Both the position numbers and the translations under genes were made by a program. A stretch of 64,000 nucleotides of DNA, from contig CAVYXJ010000009.1 in the NCBI GenBank assembly GCA_963772455.1, forward strand, positions 1-64,000, read 5' to 3'. Origin of the DNA: Candidatus Bathyarchaeota archaeon. Its GTDB lineage: Archaea > Thermoproteota > Bathyarchaeia > Bathyarchaeales > Bathycorpusculaceae. Of this stretch, positions 20,417 to 30,337 are shown one piece after another; the first letter of the stretch is position 1; each line of letters opens with the position of its first letter. The notes below the pieces were generated by a model. The model did not search any database, had not been told where the DNA came from, and was given only the letters and a program-made list of their open reading frames with translations.

Positions 20417-20893
20417 ATGAAAAGCTTGGTAGTTTATTATTCAAGAACCGGAAAAACCAAATTCGTCGCTGAAACAATCGCAACAGAACTTGGATCTGAC
20501 ATTGAAGAAATCGTTGACCTAAAAAACCGCGAGGGCAAATTAGGCTTCATTTCAGCAACCCAGGATGCTTCAAGAGGAAAAGAAACCCAGATCGCTCCAA
20601 CAAAGAAAAATCCAAATGATTATGACTTATTAATCGTTGGAACACCAGTTTGGGCTTTCACTCTAACTCCCGCAATAAAAACTTACCTAAAAAACAATGA
20701 CTTATCTGGAAAAAAGGTAGCATTATTCTTTACACTTGGAATTCGTCTTGGTCAAACAATGGAAAAAACCAAATCTTTGATACCAAATTCACAGTTTACA
20801 GGCGAATTGGCCGTAACTACTTCCACACAAAGCAATGAAGAAATAAAAAAGAAAGTAATTGGTTGGTGCAACTCCCTACGCTCGCTCTTATAG
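20417..20893 (+). CDS. Flavodoxin family protein
   Basis: LVVYYSRTGKTKFVA; YDLLIVGTPVW. Confidence 0.88.
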   Translation: MKSLVVYYSRTGKTKFVAETIATELGSDIEEIVDLKNREGKLGFISATQDASRGKETQIAPTKKNPNDYDLLIVGTPVWAFTLTPAIKTYLKNNDLSGKKVALFFTLGIRLGQTMEKTKSLIPNSQFTGELAVTTSTQSNEEIKKKVIGWCNSLRSLL

Positions 20894-21068
20894 CGAGTTA
20901 CGCTAAGAACGCCTAAACTAACGAAACCCATAAAAATTAAAAATCTCCTCTCAAAAACACAAAAGAAAAGTACTTGTTTTACCCTATTGAATTGATTTTG
21001 GAGGATGGGGACTGGTTTCCAATTTTTCCGGCAAAGAAAAAAATATTCATCACTACGAAGAGAACTTT

Positions 21069-22034
21069 TTGCTAGGTCTGAGAATTTATCGTGGTCTTAT
21101 CTCGAACTTGCTTGGCGTAAAGGCGCCCCTGTTTTGTGGCCATAAATTGACGTATAACTGCAATCTACGCTGCAAAATGTGCCCCTTCTGGAAAAGACCA
21201 AGCCGAGATTCAAGCCTTGAACAGGAAAAAGCAGTTCTTAAACGGGTTTATGATTCAGGAGCCGTGGGAATCGCTTTTGAAGGAGGGGAACCACTTCTCA
21301 GGAATGATCTAGTCGAGATTCTGGCTTATTCTCGCTCTCTACCATTGCATAACAGCCTCATAACTAACGGAACTCTGCTTGAATCCAAAATAGACCAAAT
21401 AGCACCATACATTAACGGTGTAGTTTATGTTTCGTTAGATGGCCTTGAGAAAACTCACGATAAAATTCGAGGCATCGATGGAAGTTTTAGAAAAGCAATA
21501 AGGGGCATACAAGCCTCAAAAGACAAAGTTAACGTAACCATCAACACCACAATAATGGATGAAAATATTGATGAAGTAGAAAGCTTGGTAGACCTATCAA
21601 AAGAGTTAGGTACAAAAATTTCGGTAGCCGTTGCTCATGAATACTGCAATGTTAAAGCATCTCGCGCGGCTAATAACAAAACCTCGAAAATAGCTCACAA
21701 ACTAATAGAAATGAAACAGGAAGGTTACCCCATTGCCAATTCAATCGGTTACCTAAAAGTAATGGCTAAAGAAAGAGAATGGCAATGCAAACCATGGGCA
21801 ATGGTCAACATAGATCCAAACGGGAATTTAGTTTTACCTTGCTATGTCCACAACGATTATACAAGCAACACCTCAATTTTTCAAAAAAGCATTAAGAATT
21901 CCGTTTCTGACTTTGACTGGAAAAAAATAAAACACTGCAGAAAATGTAGTCTTCATTGTTATGTTGAGCCTTCTTTGGTGCTTTCAGGGGACTTTAAATC
22001 ATATATGCACTGGGCATTTCACATAAACTTATAG
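21069..22034 (+). CDS. Radical SAM protein with C-terminal Cys cluster (PTO1314/SPASM-twitch-like)
   Basis: CNLRCKMC, GGEPLLR, TNG, SLDG; C-terminal CRKCSLHCYVE. Confidence 0.88.
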   Translation: MLGLRIYRGLISNLLGVKAPLFCGHKLTYNCNLRCKMCPFWKRPSRDSSLEQEKAVLKRVYDSGAVGIAFEGGEPLLRNDLVEILAYSRSLPLHNSLITNGTLLESKIDQIAPYINGVVYVSLDGLEKTHDKIRGIDGSFRKAIRGIQASKDKVNVTINTTIMDENIDEVESLVDLSKELGTKISVAVAHEYCNVKASRAANNKTSKIAHKLIEMKQEGYPIANSIGYLKVMAKEREWQCKPWAMVNIDPNGNLVLPCYVHNDYTSNTSIFQKSIKNSVSDFDWKKIKHCRKCSLHCYVEPSLVLSGDFKSYMHWAFHINL

Positions 22035-22201
22035 AAAAAAAAGGACTCTGCGTGTGACACCTCCAATCCCAGAGGTCGATGCAACTGTTGCTCATCTTGC
22101 CACAAAATAAAACCCTAGCAAAGTTAGCTATAACGTGTAAAACCTTATGATCAATTGAAAAAAAAATGCTAAATTAAGAAAGAGGTCAAATGGAGTTACT
22201 T

Positions 22202-22660
22202 ATGAAATCTTTGATAGTTGTATATTCTTACCATCATAACAACACCCAAAAAGTAGCCCAAACTATGGCTAAAATTCTTGATGCACAGATCAAGTCTCCA
22301 CAACAAACTGTCCCTGATGAACTTAGGCAATATGATCTTGTGGGTTTTGGTGCAGGGATAGATAGTGGAAAACACTACAAAGAACTGCTTGACTTTGTCG
22401 ATGCACTGCCAAAAATAACTGATAAGAAAGCGTTTATCTTCTCAACCAGTGGAGTGACGGGAGAAAAGAAACTCGCCAAAGACCACTCGGCTCTTAGAGA
22501 AAAACTTCAATCTAAAGGCTACCAAATTATTGATGAATTTCAATGCAAAGGCTTCAACACAAATCTCTTTCTCAAATACTTTGGCGGAATAAATAAAAGA
22601 AGACCTAACGAAGAAGACCTTAAAAATGCAGAGACCTTCGCAGAGAAGCTTAAAGGTTAA
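22202..22660 (+). CDS. Flavodoxin family protein
   Basis: VYSYHHNNTQKVA, YDLVGFGAGI, EFQCKGF, RPNEEDL (start 22190 also possible). Confidence 0.88.
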   Translation: MKSLIVVYSYHHNNTQKVAQTMAKILDAQIKSPQQTVPDELRQYDLVGFGAGIDSGKHYKELLDFVDALPKITDKKAFIFSTSGVTGEKKLAKDHSALREKLQSKGYQIIDEFQCKGFNTNLFLKYFGGINKRRPNEEDLKNAETFAEKLKG

Positions 22661-22863
22661 TCAAAACAAAGACGAAAAGCTTGACATAATTTAATCTTCA
22701 ATTAAAAAAGGGAAAATCATATGCAGGCAACCTTCTTTGAGTCTAAGGGGGGTAGGGAATCGTACTTCAACTAAAAAGCCCAGCCCCAGCTTCATTTGCT
22801 TTAATTTGAAATTGCAGAAATCTTCTTATCATACACAGTTGTTATACTATTTAGGTAATACCC

Positions 22864-23094
22864 ATGGGTATGGAAGAAACAGTATGTGCCAAGGTGCCCG
22901 CTGAACTCAAAAAAAAATTATCCAAACTAGGCGTGAACATAAGCGAGGTAATACGTGAATCCCTACAGTCAGAAGTAGACCGACTGGAAAAAGAAAAACT
23001 AAAAAAACTTGCCATAGAAGTATCCACCATACTCAAAAAAATCCCGCCTGAAGAGTTTGCCCAATCCGTCCGTGCCTCAAGGGACAGCAGATGA
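22864..23094 (+). CDS. vapB: RHH-type (CcdA-like) antitoxin
   Basis: TVCAKVPAELKKKL..LGVNISEVIRESL; ATGA overlap with the PIN gene. Confidence 0.82.
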   Translation: MGMEETVCAKVPAELKKKLSKLGVNISEVIRESLQSEVDRLEKEKLKKLAIEVSTILKKIPPEEFAQSVRASRDSR

Positions 23095-23531
23095 CAGAAC
23101 CTAAGTTATTGTTTGATGCCAATGTCATATACAGACTTATCAGAGATTGCCCTGAAAAAGCATTGGACATGCTGATGGAGGGAACAACGATAAATTTAGC
23201 GTATTATGAGCTTGGCAACGCTTTGTGGAGAGAGGCTCATTTGCTTAAAAGAATAAGCATTGAGGAAGCTGAGAAATCGTTAAGCCTAATGTATGCGATG
23301 CTTGTGCGTATGCAAGTAGAAGAGGTCGATGGCGAACAAGGAATTGAAATACTTCAAACGGCTCATAAGTGTAATCTGACGTTTTATGACTCCGCATATC
23401 TTGTGGAATCAAAGAAAACCAGTAAAATCCTTGTAACAGATGACAACAAACTTGCTAAAGTTGCAGAAATCTTGGGCGTACAAACTCATTCTAGCAATAC
23501 ATTGACCGCTAGACAAGAACACAAAGAGTAA
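23091..23531 (+). CDS. vapC: VapC/PIN-domain toxin
   Basis: LFDANVI, YELGNALW, LTFYDSAY, LVTDD. Confidence 0.9.
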   Translation: MTEPKLLFDANVIYRLIRDCPEKALDMLMEGTTINLAYYELGNALWREAHLLKRISIEEAEKSLSLMYAMLVRMQVEEVDGEQGIEILQTAHKCNLTFYDSAYLVESKKTSKILVTDDNKLAKVAEILGVQTHSSNTLTARQEHKE

Positions 23532-23712
23532 CCTGCAGAATTGCTATATGTTTGATTCAACTTCCCCCAACTCTTTAGCGAAATTCTGATTTTTCGTGAA
23601 TACCCGTTTTATTGCAGAACAAGTTTACCAGTAAAAGCGTTGTAAAACTTTGTGTCCTACAAACTAATTAAAGAATATTTTTTAGAGAACATTTAGGAAT
23701 CGATTCACCTAT

Positions 23713-24165
23713 TTAGCCAGTGTTCACAGCAGGCTTCTGCTCTTGCATCTTGCATCCGCGGTTGCTGAATTTTCCAAGATACCCAAACGGATAGGAGAGC
23801 AAGAAAACTTCAACTATCCCAACCCCTAACGAAAAAGGCACACCCGCAATTGTTTGTATCAAGAGGTTTATTGATAAGAAGAATATCAAGAGAAAGAAGC
23901 CGTTAAGCCAGAAGCCTATCTGCCATCCTTCACAGTTGTATAAGCGGTGAAGAAAAATTATATTTAATACACCTAGAATTATGGGTTGGATCGCGAACAT
24001 TGTTACAAGAAGTAAAGCAAATCCTATTGGCGGCATATAGAGCAGAAACGCATTTTGGAAAATATCTAGCAACAATTGTATTGTAACTAGGGCAATTATT
24101 ATTGCTAAGCCGTGGATGAAGATTTGTTTAGATAGTTTAAGCATTCTGAGCAATCCACTCCCCAA
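23713..24165 (-). CDS. Integral membrane hypothetical protein (4 TM; start possibly 24144)
   Basis: Hydrophobic ORF overlapping the stop of the upstream gene. Confidence 0.7.
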   Translation of the reverse strand: MGSGLLRMLKLSKQIFIHGLAIIIALVTIQLLLDIFQNAFLLYMPPIGFALLLVTMFAIQPIILGVLNIIFLHRLYNCEGWQIGFWLNGFFLLIFFLSINLLIQTIAGVPFSLGVGIVEVFLLSYPFGYLGKFSNRGCKMQEQKPAVNTG

Positions 24166-26524
24166 CTTTCTGTTCCGTTAATCTTCCACGTATTCCATAA
24201 TCGTTATCGACGCTATTCCAATAAACCAACCAACAACCTTTAAGCCCCATGTTCCTGAAAAGATCCAGACCCCTAATTATGTAATCGCTCTGAGTTGCAT
24301 CGTTGTTAGTTGACATGCCAAACTCAGAAATCACAACATCTTTATTGGTTATCTTTTGAAGAAACTGGATCATGTTAGGTGAAATAGTCAGAACTGATTC
24401 CATGAAAACATCAAAACCAACAAAGTCTAATTTTTCGCTAAATCGGATAGGAAGATTAGTTCGGGCAACAAAGGCTGGTGAAAAATTAGTGTAGCGTTGG
24501 GCTGATAGATTATGCTGCTCAACTATAGAGTAGATTTCCTCGAACTTTGAGCCTGCTTCATCGTCTGTAAATAATGCGCCCATTTCCCACGACGAAGCCA
24601 CGTCAGGTTCATTGAGAATTTGAACATACGTTAAATCTTTACCCCACCTGTCAAGATAGTAATTTATCTCACTTGTGCTGCTGTGTTCCTTGATTATCAA
24701 AGCAACGTTCATATCAAGCTGCCTAACAGCGCTGAAAAATACTTCCGAAACAGTATTCAAGTAAGAACTGGGGATAGTTGGATCACAAACAAGATCAACA
24801 CGAATCACTTTAAAACCCAAATCTTTGATACGGGATACTTCACCAAAGATTTGCTCAACACTGTCTCTCTGATAGACATAGCTCACACCCACCTCAAAGG
24901 ATCCATTTGAACGCATAGACGACGCTGAATAGAAAACATAGGGAAAGAAAAACATAACAAAAACCAAGACAAAGCACAAACTGATAATAATTAACGTCCA
25001 AATCATCTTATTTTGTGAAATTGCATGTAGAGTTTGTTTCTTCAATAGACTCTTTAAACCACTTTTTCTAAAATCAGAGAGACTTCGCCTTTTAACAAAA
25101 AGCAGAGAACTAACGCTAGCGACAACAGCGATCGTTACCCCCACAAAAACAATTTCACTTGGGAAACGAGCTTGTACTGTGAAAGAGATTGTTTGAGAAG
25201 TTTCGCCCATACCTGCTGAATCCCTAACGTAAACTGTCAAGTTGTGAGTTCCAACAGTTAATCCACTTAGCGTAGTATTCCCATTGATAGCCACAGCTTG
25301 TTGCCCATCGAGGGCGTAACTGAAAAAGCAAGCTTGATCATTCACTCTAAACGTCAATGGAATGTCGCTTGTTTCATATATCCTGCTTTCTGGACTAGAA
25401 ATTGCTACGACGGGTGCCTGAAGCTTTGCTTCGGCAGAAAATTTAATAATAAACGAGTTCTCCCAAGTTGATCCTGCAACTACATATCCACCATCATTTG
25501 TGGGAATTAAGCTTGAAGAGGGGTAACCTGACTGCGACGCTATAGCCGAAGTGCCTAGCTGCTCTTGATTGATTTCGCTGCCCGAGGAATCTGCTCGCAT
25601 AATCGAGGATGTTCCGGGTCGAATAACTAAATAGCCTTGATCAGCAGTTTGCACAATTGAGCTAAAACTATCATTAGGATATTGACCATAAGGTAAGTTC
25701 CATTGTTCATACCCTTGAGAATTAATTTTGATCAGCCAAGGAATCATGCCGTTGCTGGATTGCCACATTCCAGTCCCTGCAAGAATGAATCCTCCATCCT
25801 TAGTTTTAGCAATCGAGTAAACCAAATGCTGATCTAATGGACTACCATAAACATAGTTTTGGCTCCATTGCTGATTGCCATTTGCATCAAGACGGGCTAA
25901 CCAAAAATTATTTTTCCAGTTACCAGCTAACGCACAGCCTCGGTCAACAGTGTTTACAACAGCAGAAACATGAAAACCACCCGTGAAATTCATGTCCCAT
26001 AAAATGTTGCCTTGAGAATCAGCTTTGCGAAGCCAAACATAATTTTCTTGACCTTCTCTGATGCTGTTACCGACGACAATGTAGGTTCCATCATCAGTTA
26101 CGATTCCTTGCCTAGCACCATTTACTCCCAAGGAGAAACTTGAATTGATATTTCCTTCCGCATCTGTTTTAACCACGTCACCGTTTTCGCAGAACAGTAC
26201 ATAACCGGAATCACTAGTTTGCGCCAACGATACCAAATTACCAAAAGCCTTGTTCCACTGAACGTTCCCTGAGGAATCAAGCTTCACAAATGTGACTTGA
26301 CCGAGAGAAGCGGTGCCAGCTAGGGCGTAGCCTCCGTCCAATGTCTGGATAACAGAATTAACCTGAAACACTCCACAGGTATTCCTCCATTCAATGGAAG
26401 GCAAATCAGAAGCAGCAGCAGAGAATGGAACAAAAACAGATAAGACTAAAGCAATGAACAATAATGCAACGATGTTTCTGGCAAATCTTGAATAGGCAAA
26501 GCGATAGCGCTTCAAAGATGACAT
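24137..26524 (-). CDS. Multidomain surface protein: beta-propeller + Ig-like + 2 TM + clan GH-A-like glycoside hydrolase domain
   Basis: Repeats IQT.DGGY.LAG; YALDG..GTHNLTVYVRD Ig-like domain; two TMs; ILNEPD and VISEFG catalytic-type motifs. Confidence 0.7.
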   Translation of the reverse strand: MSSLKRYRFAYSRFARNIVALLFIALVLSVFVPFSAAASDLPSIEWRNTCGVFQVNSVIQTLDGGYALAGTASLGQVTFVKLDSSGNVQWNKAFGNLVSLAQTSDSGYVLFCENGDVVKTDAEGNINSSFSLGVNGARQGIVTDDGTYIVVGNSIREGQENYVWLRKADSQGNILWDMNFTGGFHVSAVVNTVDRGCALAGNWKNNFWLARLDANGNQQWSQNYVYGSPLDQHLVYSIAKTKDGGFILAGTGMWQSSNGMIPWLIKINSQGYEQWNLPYGQYPNDSFSSIVQTADQGYLVIRPGTSSIMRADSSGSEINQEQLGTSAIASQSGYPSSSLIPTNDGGYVVAGSTWENSFIIKFSAEAKLQAPVVAISSPESRIYETSDIPLTFRVNDQACFFSYALDGQQAVAINGNTTLSGLTVGTHNLTVYVRDSAGMGETSQTISFTVQARFPSEIVFVGVTIAVVASVSSLLFVKRRSLSDFRKSGLKSLLKKQTLHAISQNKMIWTLIIISLCFVLVFVMFFFPYVFYSASSMRSNGSFEVGVSYVYQRDSVEQIFGEVSRIKDLGFKVIRVDLVCDPTIPSSYLNTVSEVFFSAVRQLDMNVALIIKEHSSTSEINYYLDRWGKDLTYVQILNEPDVASSWEMGALFTDDEAGSKFEEIYSIVEQHNLSAQRYTNFSPAFVARTNLPIRFSEKLDFVGFDVFMESVLTISPNMIQFLQKITNKDVVISEFGMSTNNDATQSDYIIRGLDLFRNMGLKGCWLVYWNSVDNDYGIRGRLTEQKVGEWIAQNA

Positions 26525-26708
26525 CCAGCTAACTTGATATCACAAATCAAATGATTCAACACTTATGCTTTTCGCATCAACACCCGTAAGAAAACTTCAA
26601 CCAAAACTGAAACAAGCCAAATCAACCGATCCAAAAAAAAGAAGTCTCAGCTCATAAGTCCTTATAAGGATATTCGAACCAACCTTAAGTCTATATGAGG
26701 TTAGGAAA

Positions 26709-26939
26709 ATGGCCGAATATTCTTCAAGTGATGCAAGTTGCTATAGAGTCAAATTCGACAAAAAAGAATTCCTTGAACTAGTAGATATTGCAAGACCAAG
26801 AATCATCTACAGACGCAAAAACATGTACTTCTTTGCCTTCGATGGCTTTGTGATGTATTGTGACCAATGTGAAAGCTCGGATTTCACTGCAAGAATTATT
26901 GATGCAATTGAGTTCTCAAACTATCAATGGCAAAAATAG
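26709..26939 (+). CDS. Hypothetical protein
   Basis: 76 aa ORF with GAGGT SD. Confidence 0.65.
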   Translation: MAEYSSSDASCYRVKFDKKEFLELVDIARPRIIYRRKNMYFFAFDGFVMYCDQCESSDFTARIIDAIEFSNYQWQK

Positions 26940-27141
26940 ACAAAACTAAAAACCAGATACAACCTTTAAAATCGGAAAACTTGGGAACAGATCCACTCTT
27001 GAGCAGTTAGCGGTAAATACCAAATTAACTACAAGTTTGATTTAAGTCTGAAATAATTTAGTTGTTTGCACTATCAAAGACATCCCGTAGCCCTCTTAAT
27101 TCACATTAATTAATAAAGAAAGAATAACATTGTGATTAAGT

Positions 27142-27579
27142 ATGAGTATGGTTGCTTTAGATCAAGTAGGAAACATTTCTCTTGTTTTGCAAATTGTAAT
27201 CTTTTTTCTCTTATTTCTTGGTCTTCCTTTTATCAAAGGACTTGGCGTCAAGAAAAATCTAATGACCCATGGATATTTGACAATTCTCGCACTGATTTTG
27301 CACAGTATTCTAATTTTCACTGTAATGCTTCCTGTATTCAATGAGGGAATTGGAGTACTTGGCGGACTTTCTTTTCTTGCAGCACTAACCGTTTGGTCTC
27401 ATATAATCTTGGGAACTGTTGCAGAAATATTGGGCATAATAGTTATTGGATTCTGGGTTTCAAAACCATTGTCAAGTATGAATTGCTTAAGAACGAAAAA
27501 AATAATGTTGCCCCTTTTCGTAATGTGGACCATATCAATAATCAATGGCTCAATAATCCATGTTTTTGGATTACTTTGA
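27142..27579 (+). CDS. 4-TM membrane protein with His residues in TMs (DUF420-like)
   Basis: HGYL, LHS, SHIILG in hydrophobic helices. Confidence 0.65.
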   Translation: MSMVALDQVGNISLVLQIVIFFLLFLGLPFIKGLGVKKNLMTHGYLTILALILHSILIFTVMLPVFNEGIGVLGGLSFLAALTVWSHIILGTVAEILGIIVIGFWVSKPLSSMNCLRTKKIMLPLFVMWTISIINGSIIHVFGLL

Positions 27580-27667
27580 AAACCTGATAATCACAAAGAC
27601 CGTATGCTATTTTTAAAATGGAATGCCTATATTCTTGAAGTTCTATTGAGCCAACTTAGAGACAAAA

Positions 27668-28222
27668 ATGGACATAATAACCATACTCTTGATTGCGATA
27701 GGGTTGGCAATGGATGCTTTCGCAGTCTCTATCGCAAAAGGCATAGCAATTAAGCGCAATCGACGCAAGACCGCATTAATTTTAGGCATTTTTTTTGGCG
27801 GCTTCCAAATGATAATGCCAGCCATTGGATGGCTTATAGGTCTAAGTTTCAAGGAAATAATTATGGGAATTGACCACTGGATCGCTTTTGGACTTTTGAC
27901 TTTCATTGGCTCAAAAATGATTTACGATTCAACAAAAAAAGAGAACGAAGAGAAAAACGAGCCACTAAAGGTGTATTCAATTCTGATTCTGGCTATTGCT
28001 ACTAGCATAGATGCATTAATGGTTGGGCTTAGCTTTGCTTTTCTTAATACGTCAATACTTGAACCAATACTAATCATAGGAGTAGTAACATTCACTTTAT
28101 CAGTCATGGGATTTTTCTTTGGATGTGGACTTGGACGTTTCTTTGGAAATAAAATAAAAATCGTCGGTGGATTAATTTTAATTGCAATAGGAATCAAAAT
28201 TCTTATTGACCATCTTTTTTAG
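27668..28222 (+). CDS. mntP: Manganese efflux pump MntP
   Basis: GLAMDAFAVS, IDHWIAF, ATSIDAL, GG.ILI.IG.KIL. Confidence 0.9.
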   Translation: MDIITILLIAIGLAMDAFAVSIAKGIAIKRNRRKTALILGIFFGGFQMIMPAIGWLIGLSFKEIIMGIDHWIAFGLLTFIGSKMIYDSTKKENEEKNEPLKVYSILILAIATSIDALMVGLSFAFLNTSILEPILIIGVVTFTLSVMGFFFGCGLGRFFGNKIKIVGGLILIAIGIKILIDHLF

Positions 28223-28266
28223 GAAAATCTTGTTTTCTTGTTTTAGTTACACAACACCTATAAGCA

Positions 28267-28286
28267 ACATTAGAATATTATAATAT
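28267..28286. promoter_or_regulatory. Putative ArsR operator, site 1
   Basis: acattagaat|attataatat imperfect palindrome; 17/20 identical to 28383-28402 and related to 29300-29319. Confidence 0.5.
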
Positions 28287-28415
28287 ATTCATTGAAATGA
28301 TGATTTGATGGATTTACCATGAAACAAGCGCATCAAAAAGTGTTTCAAAACTGTTTCACGACTGTTTCACCCAACTATCATATCATTCGAATAGTATAAT
28401 ATTAATCAAGAAAAA

Positions 28416-29250
28416 ATGGAGGAAAACAAAAAAATGAAAAATTTAAAAATAATTGGAGCAATATTGGCTTTAGCACTCATAATTTTGGGTGCAACAGTAG
28501 CATCAGCATTAGCCTTTGGATGGGGTTTTCAAACACCATACAGTCCAACGGCAGCTAATAGAAATATGATGAATGCCCCCCAAATTGGCCAACCACAACT
28601 CCTCGCTCCCATCACTCAAACTAACACACAAACACCAACACTCTACACACCAAGCTACACAAATCCACAACAATACGGTGGATGGGGAGGATGCTGGGGA
28701 CGCGGCGGATGGGGTAATGGTGCAGGATATCCAACAACTGGAACAACTGCAACTCCACTCACCATAACTCAAGCAGCTGAAGTAGCAAAAACTTACGTTG
28801 CATCACTAAACAATCCTGACCTATCTGTGAAGCAAATTGAAGAATACACAAACAACTTCTACGTACCAGTTACCCAAAGCAATGGCAATGGAGCATTCGA
28901 ACTACTCATCAACAAAGCAACCGGCATAGTCACTCCAGAACCTGGACCAAACATGATGTGGAACACACAATACAGCTTCGGAGCAGGATGGTGCAACCGT
29001 GCAATAGGCACAATCACAACAACACCAACCGTAACAGTTGACCAAGCAAAAACCAATGCACAGCAATACTTGACCAGCTACTTACCAGGCACAACAGTCG
29101 GCGACGTCACAACCTTTAGCGGTCACTACACAATTGAAGTCCTACAGAACGCAATCACCATACGGCATGCTAAGCGTTAACAGCTACAGCGGACAAGTCT
29201 GGTACCACACATGGCATGGCGCCTTCATAGCAGAGCAGACAATCAGCTAA
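28416..29250 (+). CDS. Secreted PepSY-domain protein (net +1 frameshift near 29150)
   Basis: ELLIN..TG...PEPGPNMMWNT; the alternate frame continues YGMLSVNSYSGQVWYHTWHGAFI to TAA at 29250. Confidence 0.75.
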
Positions 29251-29326
29251 AACCAACTTTTCCTTTTTCTTTTTATGTAAAACTTAAGAGCATGTGACTA
29301 TGTTAGAATATTCGAAGGAACAAACG

Positions 29327-29665
29327 ATGACTGAAAAACCAAAAATCGACATGACAATCTACAACCTGCAAGCAGAAATATCAAAAACCTTAGCAAACCC
29401 TATTCGCCTAGCAATTCTCCATTCCCTAAGAGACGGAGAAAAAAGCGTCAACGACCTAACCGCAATATTGGGAATAAGCCAATCAAACCTCTCTCAACAC
29501 CTAGCAATAATGAGACAAAAAAGCATCCTTAAAACAAGAAAACAAGGCACAAACATCTTCTACAGCGTCACCAACCCAAAAATCAACCAAGCCTGCGATA
29601 TTGTCAGAGAAGTCCTAATAGACCAATTAAATCAACGTCACGAACTGGCTCAAAGCTTACGTTAA
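29327..29665 (+). CDS. ArsR/SmtB family transcriptional regulator
   Basis: KTLANPIRLAIL, QSNLSQHLAIMR, RKQGTNIFYS. Confidence 0.9.
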   Translation: MTEKPKIDMTIYNLQAEISKTLANPIRLAILHSLRDGEKSVNDLTAILGISQSNLSQHLAIMRQKSILKTRKQGTNIFYSVTNPKINQACDIVREVLIDQLNQRHELAQSLR

Positions 29666-29679
29666 GGAGTGAATAAATC

Positions 29680-30234
29680 ATGTTTGGCTACGGTTGTGGC
29701 TCAATCATCGGTTCTATCCTTGGTCCACTGAAAAATCTTTATTTCCCAAACTCCGCAATAGCTAGCGTTGCAGAACCAAAAAATGGTCGACCAATCTTCT
29801 TCCCCCCAAAATTGGTATTATTCGGCAACCTTGCCCTTTTTGTGTGGATTATTCTTGACACCGTTGCTTTTCTACTATATGATATAACAATTGGCATCGT
29901 GTTTCTAATAGCGACATTTATCTTAGTTTATGGTGTACTTCATATTCTGGGTTGTTTGCGTCCATGCTACAACTGCATTAAATGCACTCACGGCATGGGA
30001 CGCTTGGCAGCATTATACTTTGGCAGACGTATCTTCAAAGACTACAAATACAACTACAAACTGCCCACAGCAATACTCTTCACACTATACATTGGGGCGT
30101 TTCCAGCAACATTCGCTCTCTACTCTACACTCACAAATTTTACAGTAGTCAAAGCAGCGGTTTTTGCAGTTCTTACGGCATTTACAATCTATAGCGCCTT
30201 AACATGGCGAACCAAAAAACCCTCAAACCCATAA
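29680..30234 (+). CDS. Membrane protein with Cys cluster
   Basis: 4 TM segments with CLRPCYNCIKCTHG in a loop. Confidence 0.7.
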   Translation: MFGYGCGSIIGSILGPLKNLYFPNSAIASVAEPKNGRPIFFPPKLVLFGNLALFVWIILDTVAFLLYDITIGIVFLIATFILVYGVLHILGCLRPCYNCIKCTHGMGRLAALYFGRRIFKDYKYNYKLPTAILFTLYIGAFPATFALYSTLTNFTVVKAAVFAVLTAFTIYSALTWRTKKPSNP

Positions 30235-30337
30235 GGTAAATTTACACTACGGCTTGCAAATCCAAAAATAAGGATATTATTCAACCAGTTCACATTAATA
30301 GAGGATTTAACTCGCTTAAGAAACTGAGAAGTTAGCA

